In this document: in pieces, positions 23,769 through 36,540 of the stretch
Position numbering within the stretch: position 1 is the first letter of the stretch
Layout: each line of letters begins with the position of its first letter
Source of the DNA: Octopus vulgaris
Taxonomy: Eukaryota
Length of the DNA stretch: 64,000 nucleotides
Direction of reading: 5' to 3'
NCBI GenBank assembly: GCA_951406725.2
Contig: OX597818.1
Span: 84,692,001-84,756,000 of the forward strand
Notes under the pieces: model-generated
The model's database searches: none
What the model was told of the DNA's origin: nothing
The model's input: only the letters and a program-made list of their open reading frames with translations
Translations under genes and position numbers: made by a program

Positions 23769-24175
23769 TGGCGCAGGAGTGGCTGTGTGGTAAGTAGCTT
23801 GCTTACCAACCATATGGTTCCGGGCTCAGTCCCACTGCGTTGCACCTTGGGCAAGTGTCTTCTGCTATAGCCTCGGGCCGACCAAAGCCTTTTGAGTGGA
23901 TTTGGTAGACGGAAACTGAAAGAAGCCTGTCGTATGTATATGTATATATATGTGTGTGTGTGTTTGTGTATCCGTGTTTGTCCCCACCAAGATCGCTTGA
24001 CAACCGATGCTGGTGTGTTTACGTCCCCGTAACTTAGTGGTTCGGCAAAAGAGACCGATAGAATAAGTACTAGGCTTAGAAAGAATAAGTCCTGGGGGTC
24101 GATTTGTTCGACTAAAAGCGGCGTTCCAGCATGGCCGTAGTCAATTGACTGAAAAAAGTAAAAGAGTAAAAGAGT
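23769..24175 (+). mobile_element. SINE family B, full length
   Basis: GGCGCAGGAGTGGCTGTGTGGTAAGTAGC...CCTTGGGCAAGTG...internal (TA)(TG)n...GACTGAAAAAAGTAAAAGAGTAAAAGAG. Confidence 0.9.
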
Positions 24176-24514
24176 ATATATATATAAGCATACATGCACA
24201 TATGCACGCACACACACATGCACACATACACACACATACTACAAATACAAATAAATATACATAAATATATCAATAAATATATCAATATATGAAAAGACAT
24301 GGTCGCAGGTAGAACAGTATGGTTAAGAAGACAGTTTTGCCACCACACGTGGTTTCGTGTTCAGGCCTACTGTACGGCATCTCAGGCAAGTGTTTTCCAT
24401 TAGAGCCCCGGGCCGATCAATGTCGTGGGTGTGAAGTTACGAGAGGAAATTGTGTGTTACCCATCGTATATATGTTTCTGCGTATGTATGCCGTTAACAA
24501 TTGGTAGAGCCATA

Positions 24515-24665
24515 CGTTTTAATTCGTAACGGAATATCTGATTTAATTACAATTTTGGTTGAAAATCCCCTTACTTAGATCTTAACCTCAAAAATATTTG
24601 GCTATACTTGTTGTTATATCTAAATTAAAAGACAGATTATTCAACAGTACTTTCTTTCTGAATAC
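24515..24665 (-). pseudogene. Possible highly decayed Penelope-like RT/linker fragment
   Basis: Minus strand RKKVLLNNLSFNLDITTSIAKYF...IFNQ...IRYSVT resembles the recalled PLE motif RKxxWxNxPFxxxVxTxIxKxFL...KIFN...xSYS. It carries stops and frameshifts. Confidence 0.4.
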
Positions 24666-25365
24666 TAATCGTATATCTGTTAGAGGATGTTGTAGGTATT
24701 TCTTATGTAACGTATGGTCTTGAAATCGTTGTTTCTTGTGGTATTATCATAGTAATTGGAAGTATTATTGTCTGAGGATATTCATCTTTTTACATAAATA
24801 CACGTGCTTTGTCAAAAATCACAGACGTAGTGTATATTTCGAAACTAAATATATGTAAAATACATGTTTCCTATGGAAAAGACATGGTACATGTATCTCA
24901 TACATGGTACATATGTCTGTGTGCCAAAGACCCCAACTTGCTACGTGTGACCCCGTTCCAAATACACATACAAGTAACATGCGAATATAGTCCAAATGCA
25001 CATACACGCGGCTATGTGACCCTGGGAGAAACAATCACTTATAATATATACGTTCTTGAGCCAAACATATGTACATTTAATGTAACACACAACTCGATAT
25101 TAATGACAATTACGTGTCACATAGGGCTGTAGTACAAAAAGAACATGCTGATTGTATCAAGCCTAATATACGCGTTACATACAAACCTCAGATGCTGTAC
25201 ACAACTCTGAAGCAAAGGCATCAAAAAATTATCGTGATATTTGGTTGTCTACACACACACACACACACACGCACGCACGAACACAAACACTCGCACGCAT
25301 GGACGCAGGCACACACACGCATTTTTTCTTTTATGCACTGCACAGACAGAATCAGAAAAAAAAAA

Positions 25366-25964
25366 CAAGGCGAGCTGGCAGAAACGTTAGCACGCCGGGC
25401 GAAATGCTTAGCGGTATTTCGTCTGCCGCTACGTTCTGAGTTCAAATTCCGCCGAGGTCGACTTTGCTTTTCATCTTTTCGGGGTCGATTTAATAAGTGC
25501 CAGTTACGCACTGGGTTGATATAATCGACTTAATCCGTTTGTCTGTCCTTGTTTGGCCCTCTGTGTTTAGCCCCTTGTAGGTAGTAAAGAAATGGGTGTT
25601 TCGTCTGTCTTTATGTTCTGAGTTCAAATTCCACCGAGGTCAACTTTGCCTTTCATCCTTTCAGGGTCGATAAATTAAGTGCCAGTTACGCACTGGGATC
25701 TATCTAATCGACTTAATCCGTGTGTCTGTCCTTGTTCGTCCCCTCTGTGTTTAGCCCCTTGTGGTTAGTAAAGAAATATGTATTTTGTCTGCCGTTACGT
25801 TTTGTGTTCAAATTCCGCCGAGATCGACTTTGCCTTTCATCCTTTCGAGGTCGATTAAATAAGTACCAGTTACGCACTGGGGTCGATCTAATCGACTTAA
25901 TCCCTATGTCTGCTCTTGTTTGTCCCCTCTATGTTTAGCCCCTTGTGGGCATTAAAAAGAAATA
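25366..25964 (+). mobile_element. SINE family A head-to-tail trimer with an 18-bp TSD
   Basis: Head plus two headless units. AGAATCAG(A)10 occurs at 25348-25365 and 25965-25982. Confidence 0.9.
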
Positions 25965-26044
25965 AGAATCAGAAAAAAAAAATAAATATGAATAAGACAA
26001 AACTTCAGCATGTAATTTCTTTGAACAAAATGTCGACGTCTTTG

Positions 26045-26540
26045 AGTAATAAGAAATTTGTTTCTCAACCACATTGTTCCGGATTCAGTCCCATTGCGTA
26101 ACCCCTTATAAAAGTGTCTTCAACTAAAGCCCCGAGTCGACCAAAACCTTGTGAGTGGATTAGGTAGACGGAAACTGAAAGAAGTTTGTCGTTTATATGT
26201 AGGTATGCATGCATGTATGCGTGAATGTATGCGTGAATGTAAGCATGTATGTATGTATGTATGTATGTATGTATGTATTTATGTATGTATGTATGTATGC
26301 ATGTATGTATGTATGTATGTGTGATTGTCTTTATGTTTGTGTTTGTCCCCCACCAACTTTTGATAACGATGTTGGGATGTTTACGTCCTAGTAACTTAAC
26401 GGTTCGGTTAGGAGGTTAATAGAGACAGCAGCAGCTTCAGAAGAAAATAAAGGAGTTAAATAAAGGTTTAGTCGATTTGTTTGATTAACACCATCAATGC
26501 AGTGCTCCAGCATGGCCCCAGTCTAATAACTTAAACAAAT
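26045..26540 (+). mobile_element. SINE family B (diverged)
   Basis: CAACCACATTGTTCCGGATTCAGTCCC...GGAAACTGAAAGAAG...(TATG)n...GTGCTCCAGCATGGCC. Confidence 0.75.
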
Positions 26541-26940
26541 AATAATATAAAGTGAAAGAAAGGTATATATGGTGACATGAACGATTTCTTCAAACGGGTA
26601 GACATATTTGCGTAATATGTCTACAGAAATACCCTGGTTGCACTAATATCGACTTTATCAGTTGGGAACAGTGTCTAACGAAGCGTGACATTAACTTTTA
26701 GGGAATATTTAACTGCTTTAACTCTGTGCACCTGCTGTCATTTTAAGCGAGACAGTACCTAGAGATTTCCTAGCTCTCTTCAGCTGTATCTCTTTCTCTC
26801 TCTTTACTGCTCTTGTCATTCATATACATATACGTATATGTGTGTGTCTGTGTATATATATATATATATATATAGACACACATACATACATACATATATA
26901 AACATATATGTGTATATATACATATATGTGTATATATACA

Positions 26941-26992
<52 letters not shown>

Positions 26993-27036
26993 TACATACA
27001 TACATATATAAACATATATGTGTATATATACATATG

Positions 27037-27193
<157 letters not shown>

Positions 27194-28794
27194 ATATATA
27201 CGCACATACATGAAAACCGAAGATATATCTATGTGGAACGGTGCATGTACTTATGCATATGTATGTATATTGTTCTCAACAAAGCCGCCACGTCGTCAAT
27301 ACCGCAAAGTTAGAGAGGTGAGCTAGAGAGGGAAATCGTGTAAGCAAAACAAGAGAAGACGTATGTGTGTATGTAAGAACGTGAGAACATGAGTACTTGA
27401 GTTGTTTGGGTCAATGAGGGGTAGTGAAAGAGAGAGAGAGAGAGGCAGTGAAAAAGAGAGAGAGAGAAGAAGGAAAGTGTGAGAGTTGAAAATGACGGAG
27501 GATGCAACGTTTTCAGACACAAAAAGATAAATTGAGTGTGAGAATAAGAGATGAGCAAATATAGATGGACGGCGTATAGATAAATGAAAGGGTATATCTG
27601 AGTTGGATGCGAAGAAGATGGGGAAATTGAGAAGTTATGAGCATGATAGAAGAATAGAGATATGAAGTGAGATTACAGTGGAAAGGGAAAAGAAACGTTT
27701 ATTTAGATCCTTATACTTTCGTTTGTGGAGACGCGTGGCTTAATGGTTAGAGTATTCGACGCAAGATTGTGATCGGTTCCTGGACCCGGCATGACCTTTG
27801 TATTCCATTTGCATTTTATCAATCGTTTTACCAACTATTTACCATTATTGCATGACAATAGAACTGTGAGCTGGCAGAATCGTTAGGGTGACCGACATGA
27901 ATGCTTAGCGGCCTTTCTTCCGGATCAAAAGGATCTCTGCGTTCAAATCTCGTCGAGGCAAACTTTGCCTTACATCTTTTCGAGCACTGGGGTCGCCATA
28001 ATCAAATTGCCCCTTCGCCACAAAACTTATTTTTATACGTACATACATACATACATACATACATACATACATACATACATACATACATACATACATACAT
28101 ACATACAATCATATATATAATGTGTATATACATGTGTGTGTGTGTGTGTGCGTGTGTGTGTGTGTCTGTCTGTCTGTCTGTGCTTGTACCTCCACCATCG
28201 CTTGACAAGTGATGTCGGTGTGTTTACATCCCCGTAACCAAGTGGTTCGACTAAACGCAGTGCTCTAGCATGGCCGAAGTCGCGTGGTTGAAACAAGTAA
28301 AAGAGTATATATATATATATATATATATATATGCATATACCGTTGATAGAGCCCTGATAACAAATAGTGTTATCACTTATGGGATGCAAATTAGTAGCTA
28401 CTTTTTTCTGGATGTATTGGAATTGTTAAGTATATAAACAGATCGGCTGCTTACTTCTCCGGTATTAAGATAGATGAAAGGTGAAAAGATTTTATTGCGT
28501 TTCAATTTTTCTCTGTTTTTTACTTATTCTCGAAGTTGATGGACATCAGAAAATCTCTCGTAAAACTTTTTATAGATATACCCGAAGAGACCCAGAACGG
28601 GTCAAAACTTGTGTCGTACCCAATAAAATATTTTCTCCTTCCATCTAGTTTATTAATACTGTTACCTCAACCGCCACTACGGAGTTCCTGCAATAAATCT
28701 ACGGATAAAAACAGGTAATCGAAACTGTGCCGGTGCTTTACTCATCATCTGTTTATACATTTTGTATAATTTCTCCATTATATATGTGTGTGTG

Positions 28795-28850
<56 letters not shown>

Positions 28851-28854
<4 letters not shown>

Positions 28855-29036
28855 TAATCCAAACAAGAAAGCACAAAAAACACAACAACGCGAGGACGTG
28901 GAACAAATATAGTATTATTGGACGCTCAGGAAAGAAGGAAAGAAGGAGGGTTTAACGTTTCGGGCGGAGCTCTTCGTCGGAAACATAGGAGAAGGAAAGA
29001 TCCAGAGAAGGGAAGACAGAGGAAAAAAAATCGCCA
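28851..29036 (-). mobile_element. Second copy of the 8485-8670 Penelope-like repeat
   Basis: Reverse complement of the 8.5 kb copy: GTTAATCCAAACA...CGCGAGGACGTGGAACAA...AACGTTTCGGGCGGAGCTCTTCGTCGGAAAC. Confidence 0.75.
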
Positions 29037-29043
29037 AAAATAT

Positions 29044-29419
29044 TTGAAAAAAGAAATCGAATGTCTTCACTGGCTGTTCTAATCAGTTTAATTTGTTTTT
29101 ATTTTTTTATTTTTTAATAATATAAATTTTAGTTCATAGATCTAGTGGATTGCCGTTCTCTTTCTGGCCTCGCATTTGGCCCAGTTTCTGACCAATCACC
29201 ATGTAGACGTAACCTTTTTATGGGCGGGAACAGGCAATTGCACATTAAGAGGTTACGTCTACGTGGTGATTGGTCAGACACTGAGCCAAATGCAAGGCCA
29301 GAAACAGAATGGCAATCTACTAGATCTACGAACTAAAATTTATATTATTAAATTTTTTTTTAAATAATAAATTAAACTGATTAGAACTACCAGTAAAGTC
29401 ATTCTTTTTCTTTTTTCAA
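29044..29419. mobile_element. Palindromic MITE/foldback element (~175-bp arms)
   Basis: TTGAAAAAAGAAA...GTTCTAATCAGTTTAATT...CTGACCAATCACCATGTAGACGTAACCT pairs with AGGTTACGTCTACGTGGTGATTGGTCAG...AATTAAACTGATTAGAAC...TTTCTTTTTTCAA. Confidence 0.85.
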
Positions 29420-30212
29420 CTATACCCAACTGTACAAAGGACCTCACACAATATATATATATATATATATATATATTCTTTAGGAAATAAGTAGGTATTT
29501 GGTCTAAATGCATACATACACACACGCGTATGTTTCATACATAGTTATCTTATGTATACACATTGTGTGTGTTTTTGTGCATATAAAATGTACATACATA
29601 TATGTATGTATGTTTCCATCCGCCTGGTTAGACTTACATAGACAAATCAAATACAGCTTGCGTGTGCGTATGCATCTACGCTCTGACAATCGCAGACGTG
29701 CACACATGTACACACATACACAGACACACACTCAAAGACACTAAATTTCATTGATATTGCGAAAGAGACGGTATAATACTTCAACTTCCACTCATCTAAG
29801 CTGTTCCACCCTAATTTTCAACTTGCCTGTTACCAAGGTAACGAGTTTTCCAATGGCTGACAGGAAACATGGCTTCAGGTTTGAAATATGTGGTGGCACC
29901 TTTGAAGTTAATATTATCAGCAGCTTAGTATGGTGAGGTGTATATCGTTAGGAGTAACTTCTCAACAATCATCTTCATCGTAGTCATCATCACTGTCCTC
30001 GTAGGCGTCGTCATCGCCATCGTCACCACCATCCTCATCATCCTCATCATCACCCCCACCATCACTACCATCACCACCATCGTCACCAGCATCATCACCA
30101 CCATCACTACCATTACCACCACCACCATCACTACTATTACCACCACTTTCATCAACACCGTCACCACCACATAATACATAACAGTAAACATATATACACA
30201 CACACACACAAG

Positions 30213-30282
<70 letters not shown>

Positions 30283-30639
30283 TATACCCAACTATGTATG
30301 TGTGCATATATATATATATACACACACACACATGCAGATATATACACATACACACATATATGCATATACATTGTGTGTGTGCATGTGTGTGTGTGTGTGC
30401 GTGCGTGTGTGTATGTAGAGTCGGGAGAAGGGAGCTTCCTTGATAAATTCTACGGTCTTATCGGTCTCCATTCCGTTTGTAAATGGTAATTAACTGTATA
30501 ACTTGGAATCGTTGCTGAAATTTACGACCTCCATTCTCAGAAGACTTAGCGAAATATACACTAAGCAAACAAATGGAGTTTAGATCCACACAAGACTTGT
30601 GTGGATCTAAGATCTATCTATTTGCTTAATGCATAGGTC

Positions 30640-30932
30640 TCTGGAGTTGTAGCCTAGGCGTTTGGCACGTTGGCCTTTTGATCGCTAGATCGAGGGTTCG
30701 GTTCCCAGAAAGGTTGTGTGTTGTACTCTTGAGTAAAAACACTTCATTTCACGTTGTTCCTGTCCGTTCAGCTGTAAATGGATAACCCTAACGGACAAGC
30801 CTTCCGATGAAGGGTAATGTTGGCCTGCTCACCTAGCCAACGAGGTGGTGTCATTCTAAAATCAAAACCGTGTAAGGCGCATTGTGACCAGCGATGTATA
30901 ACAGCATCTGATAGTTTAGTCAATCACGTGAG
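30640..30932 (+). mobile_element. Diverged tRNA/CORE-like SINE with tail type 2
   Basis: GGTTCGGTTCCC B box and CTTGAGTAAAAACACTTCATTTCAC CORE-like segment. The tail GGCCTGCTCACCTAGCC...GTGACCAGCGATGT...CACGTGA is shared with 9925-10224. Confidence 0.7.
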
Positions 30933-31227
30933 TTGTGTGTGTTTGTGTGTGTATTGTGGAAACTTATAGTACTTTAATGAATTAAAATTTAAAAACTAAG
31001 ACACACTGAGATCCAGGTGTATTTTTCAAACCTAAAACAAATGTTCTTATATTTTCACTTGTATGGAAGTAAACATCTGTTTCTTAAAATACACTCATAC
31101 GTACGAACAACAAACATACATGTGCACAAACACATACATACACACACACACAAACAAACACACACATATGAAAATTGGCATTGGTGGGGTTGAAAAATAC
31201 ATCTGGGTCTTCGGGTGTTTTAGTTTT

Positions 31228-31327
<100 letters not shown>

Positions 31328-31598
31328 CACATACACTCACGCTCACACAGACACACACATACTCACACACACACACATACATACATACATATGTAGTGAC
31401 AAATTCTGTTCACAGATGACTCATCTATGCTAGAAGATTTCTGGAAGCTATCCAGAAAATTATCCCTTTTTTGTGAATATGCAGCGAGAACGACCTTCCT
31501 TTTTTTCCATTAACATTAAAACAAAGTTTTGTAAAGTCAGTAATCAGCTAGAAGGTGGAATGCTGGAATATGATTCTCTAATCATTCTGGTCACGACT

Positions 31599-31820
31599 CT
31601 AACTCTTTAGCATTTAAACAGTCTGTATCAAATATTCTACCTGCTTTATGTTCAACCCGGTCAGATCCGGCTTCTCACAGCAACGGTACAATGTCATTCT
31701 AAAAATAAACAATCACATCGTTGAAATCTCAAAGCTATGTAATAATGAATGTTTAATTTACGGCAATCTGAATAAAAAAGCATTATATCTGACAGAGTAA
31801 CCGGAATGCTAAATGGTTAG
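31599..31820. mobile_element. piggyBac-like MITE (diverged)
   Basis: CTAACTCTTTAGCATT ... AATGCTAAATGGTTAG inverted ends, resembling TTAA|CCCT...AGGG|TTAA. Confidence 0.55.
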
Positions 31821-33184
31821 GTTTTATGAAGAAATACAAATAAAGGCACAGGCATGGCTGTTTGATTAAGAAGCTCATTTGCAACGATGCAATCTCAAGC
31901 TCAACCCTACTGCGTGGCACCGACTAAAGCCATGTGAGTGGAGTTAGTAGATGGAAGTGATATGGTGGCGGATAGTCGTCCTCGTTCGATTATGAGGGTT
32001 CGGTTGTTCGATCAAGTAGACTAACTGCTCTTCAATTGTTGAATTAGCGTGTGCTCCTAACGCAATTCACAGGCAAAAATCAGTGTGTAACATTGCTCTC
32101 TCTCTCTTTTGGATGACAAGTGCAATCCACATCATAGTTTCCATTTACCAACTCACACGCGCGTGGGTTGATACGTGAATATTAAAATATGGCATTCACT
32201 CGAGATGCTACGAGGGACATCATAGCTTTGAAGTAAAATTATCAACCATATGGCGGTGCCCCAGCATGGCCACAACTCGTGAGCTGAAACTAGATAAAAT
32301 AAAATAAATAAAAATTCAGCCGTAATGAGCCTACACACACACATATATATACATATACATACATATATAATATATATATATGAATGTGTGTGTTTTTTGT
32401 GTATCTATGTATACACATACACACATATATATGCGTGCATACGCACACACATAAATACATGTATTACATACCTTATAAGAATTAACAAGCTTTCAGGAGA
32501 ACATGTAATAAATCTTTTGGGGGAAAATGAATCTCCGTGTACATATAAAGCATGTAAATAATGGGCTGAAAAACCCTTTTGGAGAGGAAAGGTTATAGGC
32601 TGCCAATGGGACTGGAGCCTACAACTCCTGTAGACATGACAGACGTTCTACCATTATACCAAAGCAATCCTTCACATTTTTCTATCTACTTTAGAAACAT
32701 AATTCTATCCAGAGTTTTCTACCCAATATTTACATGTAATTATTTATAGCTTTATATGTATTTCGAGAACCAATTTCCAAAAAAAGGAAAAGAAAAAAGG
32801 ATGATTCAATATTCTCTCAGAAGTTTATAAATCTTTATCACGTCAACAAGATACAATTCTCACTGGTAAGAATAAAGTTTCTAAAATGGATATAAAAATT
32901 CCGAAAATTGCTTTGGTACGATGATTGAACACCTTCCATGTCGACAGAATATGTGGGTTCGAATCCAACGGCCAGTCTTCGGCACTTTCTACCCAAAAGG
33001 AAGTTTTGTCAACCCAAATTTGCATGCTATTATCTATAGCGTTATATATACTTCGAGAACCAATTCCAAAACGGAAATTTCTTTTTACCCTTCAAAAACA
33101 AATTAATTGTTGAAAACGGAATGGTATCGCAATAAATATTAAAATACAAACATACACACACGCACACGTGTATAAATAATCTCT

Positions 33185-33355
33185 TCTATTAAAAGCTGAA
33201 GACATGAAATTTTGGGAGGAGGGGACTAGTCAATTATATCGATCCCAGTTTTTCACTGGTACTTAATTTATCCACCCTGAAAGGGAAAAAGGCAAAGTCG
33301 ACTTCGGCGGAATTTGAACTCAGAAAATAAAGACGGACGAAATGCCCTTTAGCAT
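33185..33355 (-). mobile_element. SINE family A copy
   Basis: GGTACTTAATTTATC...GGCAAAGTCGACTTCGGCGGAATTTGAACTCAGAA. Confidence 0.8.
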
Positions 33356-34264
33356 TAGGACAATATCTATGTGGTTAAATACCGTTAGGAGGAGAGGCCA
33401 CTACCAAGAGACTTGTTGGCCCGGGTCCATAGAAATCAATATGGCGCGCATTAGGACTGAACCCGCAACTGCATGGTCGGAAAGCTAGCTTTTTAATCAC
33501 ACAGCTATGCCTGCACCTAACATACTTTTTCATTTATATCTATATGGATATTCCTTTCGGCTAATATGGCGACCAAAGTTAAACAAATTCTGATGACGAC
33601 TTATCTGTTCTCAAACCTTGCTATCGAATATTTTAAGCTTTTACACACACTGAGTTAGGTATACACATACTTACTCTCCTTCCCTCTCTCTCTCCTCCTC
33701 TCTCCTTCCTCTATCTTCCTATTTCTCTCTTCCTCTCTCTCTCTCGTTCATTATGTCATACTCACATCTCTCTTTACGTTCGCTTTTCCTCCTCTCATTT
33801 TGTCTTTTCCCTCTTTCTCCTCCTAATCCTATTATATTACTCCCTCGCTCACAGGTCCTCTCTTAATCGAATCCAACTTTCAGTTTCTCCACATTTCTCT
33901 ACCAACTCTTAAACTCACACACACATACACACACGCACACACACGCACACACACACACACAGAGTTGGTCTCTAATCTTAATCTTTTATTTTCTCTTCCT
34001 CTCCTATATTCAAACCCTTCTTCTCTCACTTTCTCTCTCCCTCTCTCCCTCCCTTTCACATTTCAATTCTCCTCTGTCTCTCTTATACTTACAGTCACAC
34101 ACACTTTCTCCCAATTTAATTCGCTTTCTTTTCTAAAACACCCATTCTTACACCTGCACAATCTCAAATTCTTCCTTCGTTCATACCCAACATCTCCAAT
34201 CACGTGATTCCTTCACTATTTCTTTTTTTCCTAATTAATACACCTGCTCCCCCATTCTCTCTCT

Positions 34265-34398
34265 CAACCACATGGTTCCGGGTTCAGTCCCACTGCGTGG
34301 TACCTTGGGCAAGTCTCTTCTACTATAGCCTCGAGCCGATCAAAGCCTTGTGAGTGGATTTGGTAGACGGAAGCGGAAAGATGTCCGTCGTATATATG

Positions 34399-34450
<52 letters not shown>

Positions 34451-34703
34451 TGTGTGTATGTGTGTGTGTGTATGTGTGTGTGTGTGTATGCTTGTGTGTC
34501 TTTTTTTTGCACACACCCACCACCACCAACATCGCTTGACAACCGGTGGTGGTGTGTTTACGTCCCCGTAACTTAGCGGCTCGGCAAAAGCGACCGATAG
34601 AATAAGTACTAGGCCTACAAAGAATAAGTCCTGGGGTCGACTAAAGGCGGTGCTCCAGCATGGCCACAGTCAAAATGACTGAAACAAGTAAAAGAGTAAA
34701 AGA

Positions 34704-34705
<2 letters not shown>
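34265..34705 (+). mobile_element. SINE family B (slightly 5'-truncated)
   Basis: CAACCACATGGTTCCGGGTTCAGTCCCACTGCG...GAAACAAGTAAAAGAGTAAAAGAG. Confidence 0.9.
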
Positions 34706-34737
<32 letters not shown>

Positions 34738-34794
34738 TTCTCTCTCTTGCTCTCTCTCATACAAACACAAATACACACACACTCGCTCAAACAA

Positions 34795-34858
<64 letters not shown>

Positions 34859-34946
34859 ACTCTGTCTGCATGCTTGTCTCTCTGCCTGTTTGTCTGTTTC
34901 CTTGTCTGTCTCTATCTCCTTGACTGTCTCTTTTTCTCTGCTTATT

Positions 34947-35002
<56 letters not shown>

Positions 35003-35762
35003 CGTCCACTCCACTTTGTCTCTTTCTTACTATATTTAATTCACGAACAATTCCTCGTGTCACTGTTAAATCCATCGCTCTATTGACCAAAACCTGTCGA
35101 TGCTCATTTGAAAAACCTACAGAAATCTTGGCACGGTTTTTACACCAAATTTGGCACCAGTTCCATTGCACGCAGCGCTTGCGTCGCTTTACAGGAATAT
35201 CACCGAAGACTTACAACAGCAAACATCAATGATACAGCTGCCAATTCTCAGAGGTTACAGACAAGACAAAATGAAGGAAAACAAAGCAATGTAGAATATA
35301 CGTATATATAGATAGATAAGTAAACATACCTTACACACAAAAAAAACATTAAAAATTCACAGACTTTATCGTTTGCACCTTTAATATTATTTCTATATTT
35401 CTTCGTTTTTAGTTCTTATATTTTCTTCTTTCGTTGTTTTGTTTCCGTCGTTGTTGTTGTTGACGACGACGACGACGACGAGGAAGAGGAGGAGGACGAG
35501 GAGAATCAGGATGTTATTATTGTTGTTATTATTGTTATTATATGAGTGGGTGGGTGGGTGGGTGGGTGGTGGATTGATTCCATTGTGTTTTGGTCTTGTT
35601 TGTGTGATTGCTTAAAAGAGCAGAATAAGCAATTTTGCTTTCAGATATACACCTATTATTTGCATATAGAGATATATATGTATAGATATATATATATATA
35701 GAGAGAGAGAGAGGTATATATGAATTGAGCTATATATGTATAGAGGTATATATATATATATG

Positions 35763-35832
<70 letters not shown>

Positions 35833-35861
35833 GCGTATACAGATATACATATATGCATATG

Positions 35862-35992
<131 letters not shown>

Positions 35993-36540
35993 TCATACAC
36001 ATACACAGGTATGTCAAATACTATGCAAAATAAATTCTTGATTTATTTATAGATCATCTCCATCTATGGAGAATGTGTCATAATTACCAAACACCATTAA
36101 TTACCAGGCACCAGTTCCATATGAGAAAGGAAAACAATCTCAGGAATCAAGATTTACACACACACATACACACATGTATATTTAAAGCAGACCAAAATCA
36201 CGTGATACAGTACTTCCACTGCCTATGTTGGACATTTCTCGCCTGTTACCGCTATCTGTGTGCTTCTATGCATTGGACGTCTCTATGAGAGACTTTTTTC
36301 TGTATTATATGTGATCACATGATACACCCACATTAAATGGGAAACAGAGACTGACAACAGAGGACATTATGTAACTGCGTTGATGTATACATATTAATCA
36401 ATACAGTACTACCAGTAGAGTGGTTATGAATAAACACATGTATTGCAGTCCTATACTATATTTTTAATAAAACGCAAGTATGTACAGTTAGACACTTTGT
36501 GAATATAGACCTCTCCTATAAGCCAGAATCAATTTCAGCA

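Noticed and set aside
35000-35330. Unique sequence after (CT)n as a possible host 5' UTR or exon
   Set aside because: No convincing ORF or paired splice signals; it cannot be supported without transcript data.
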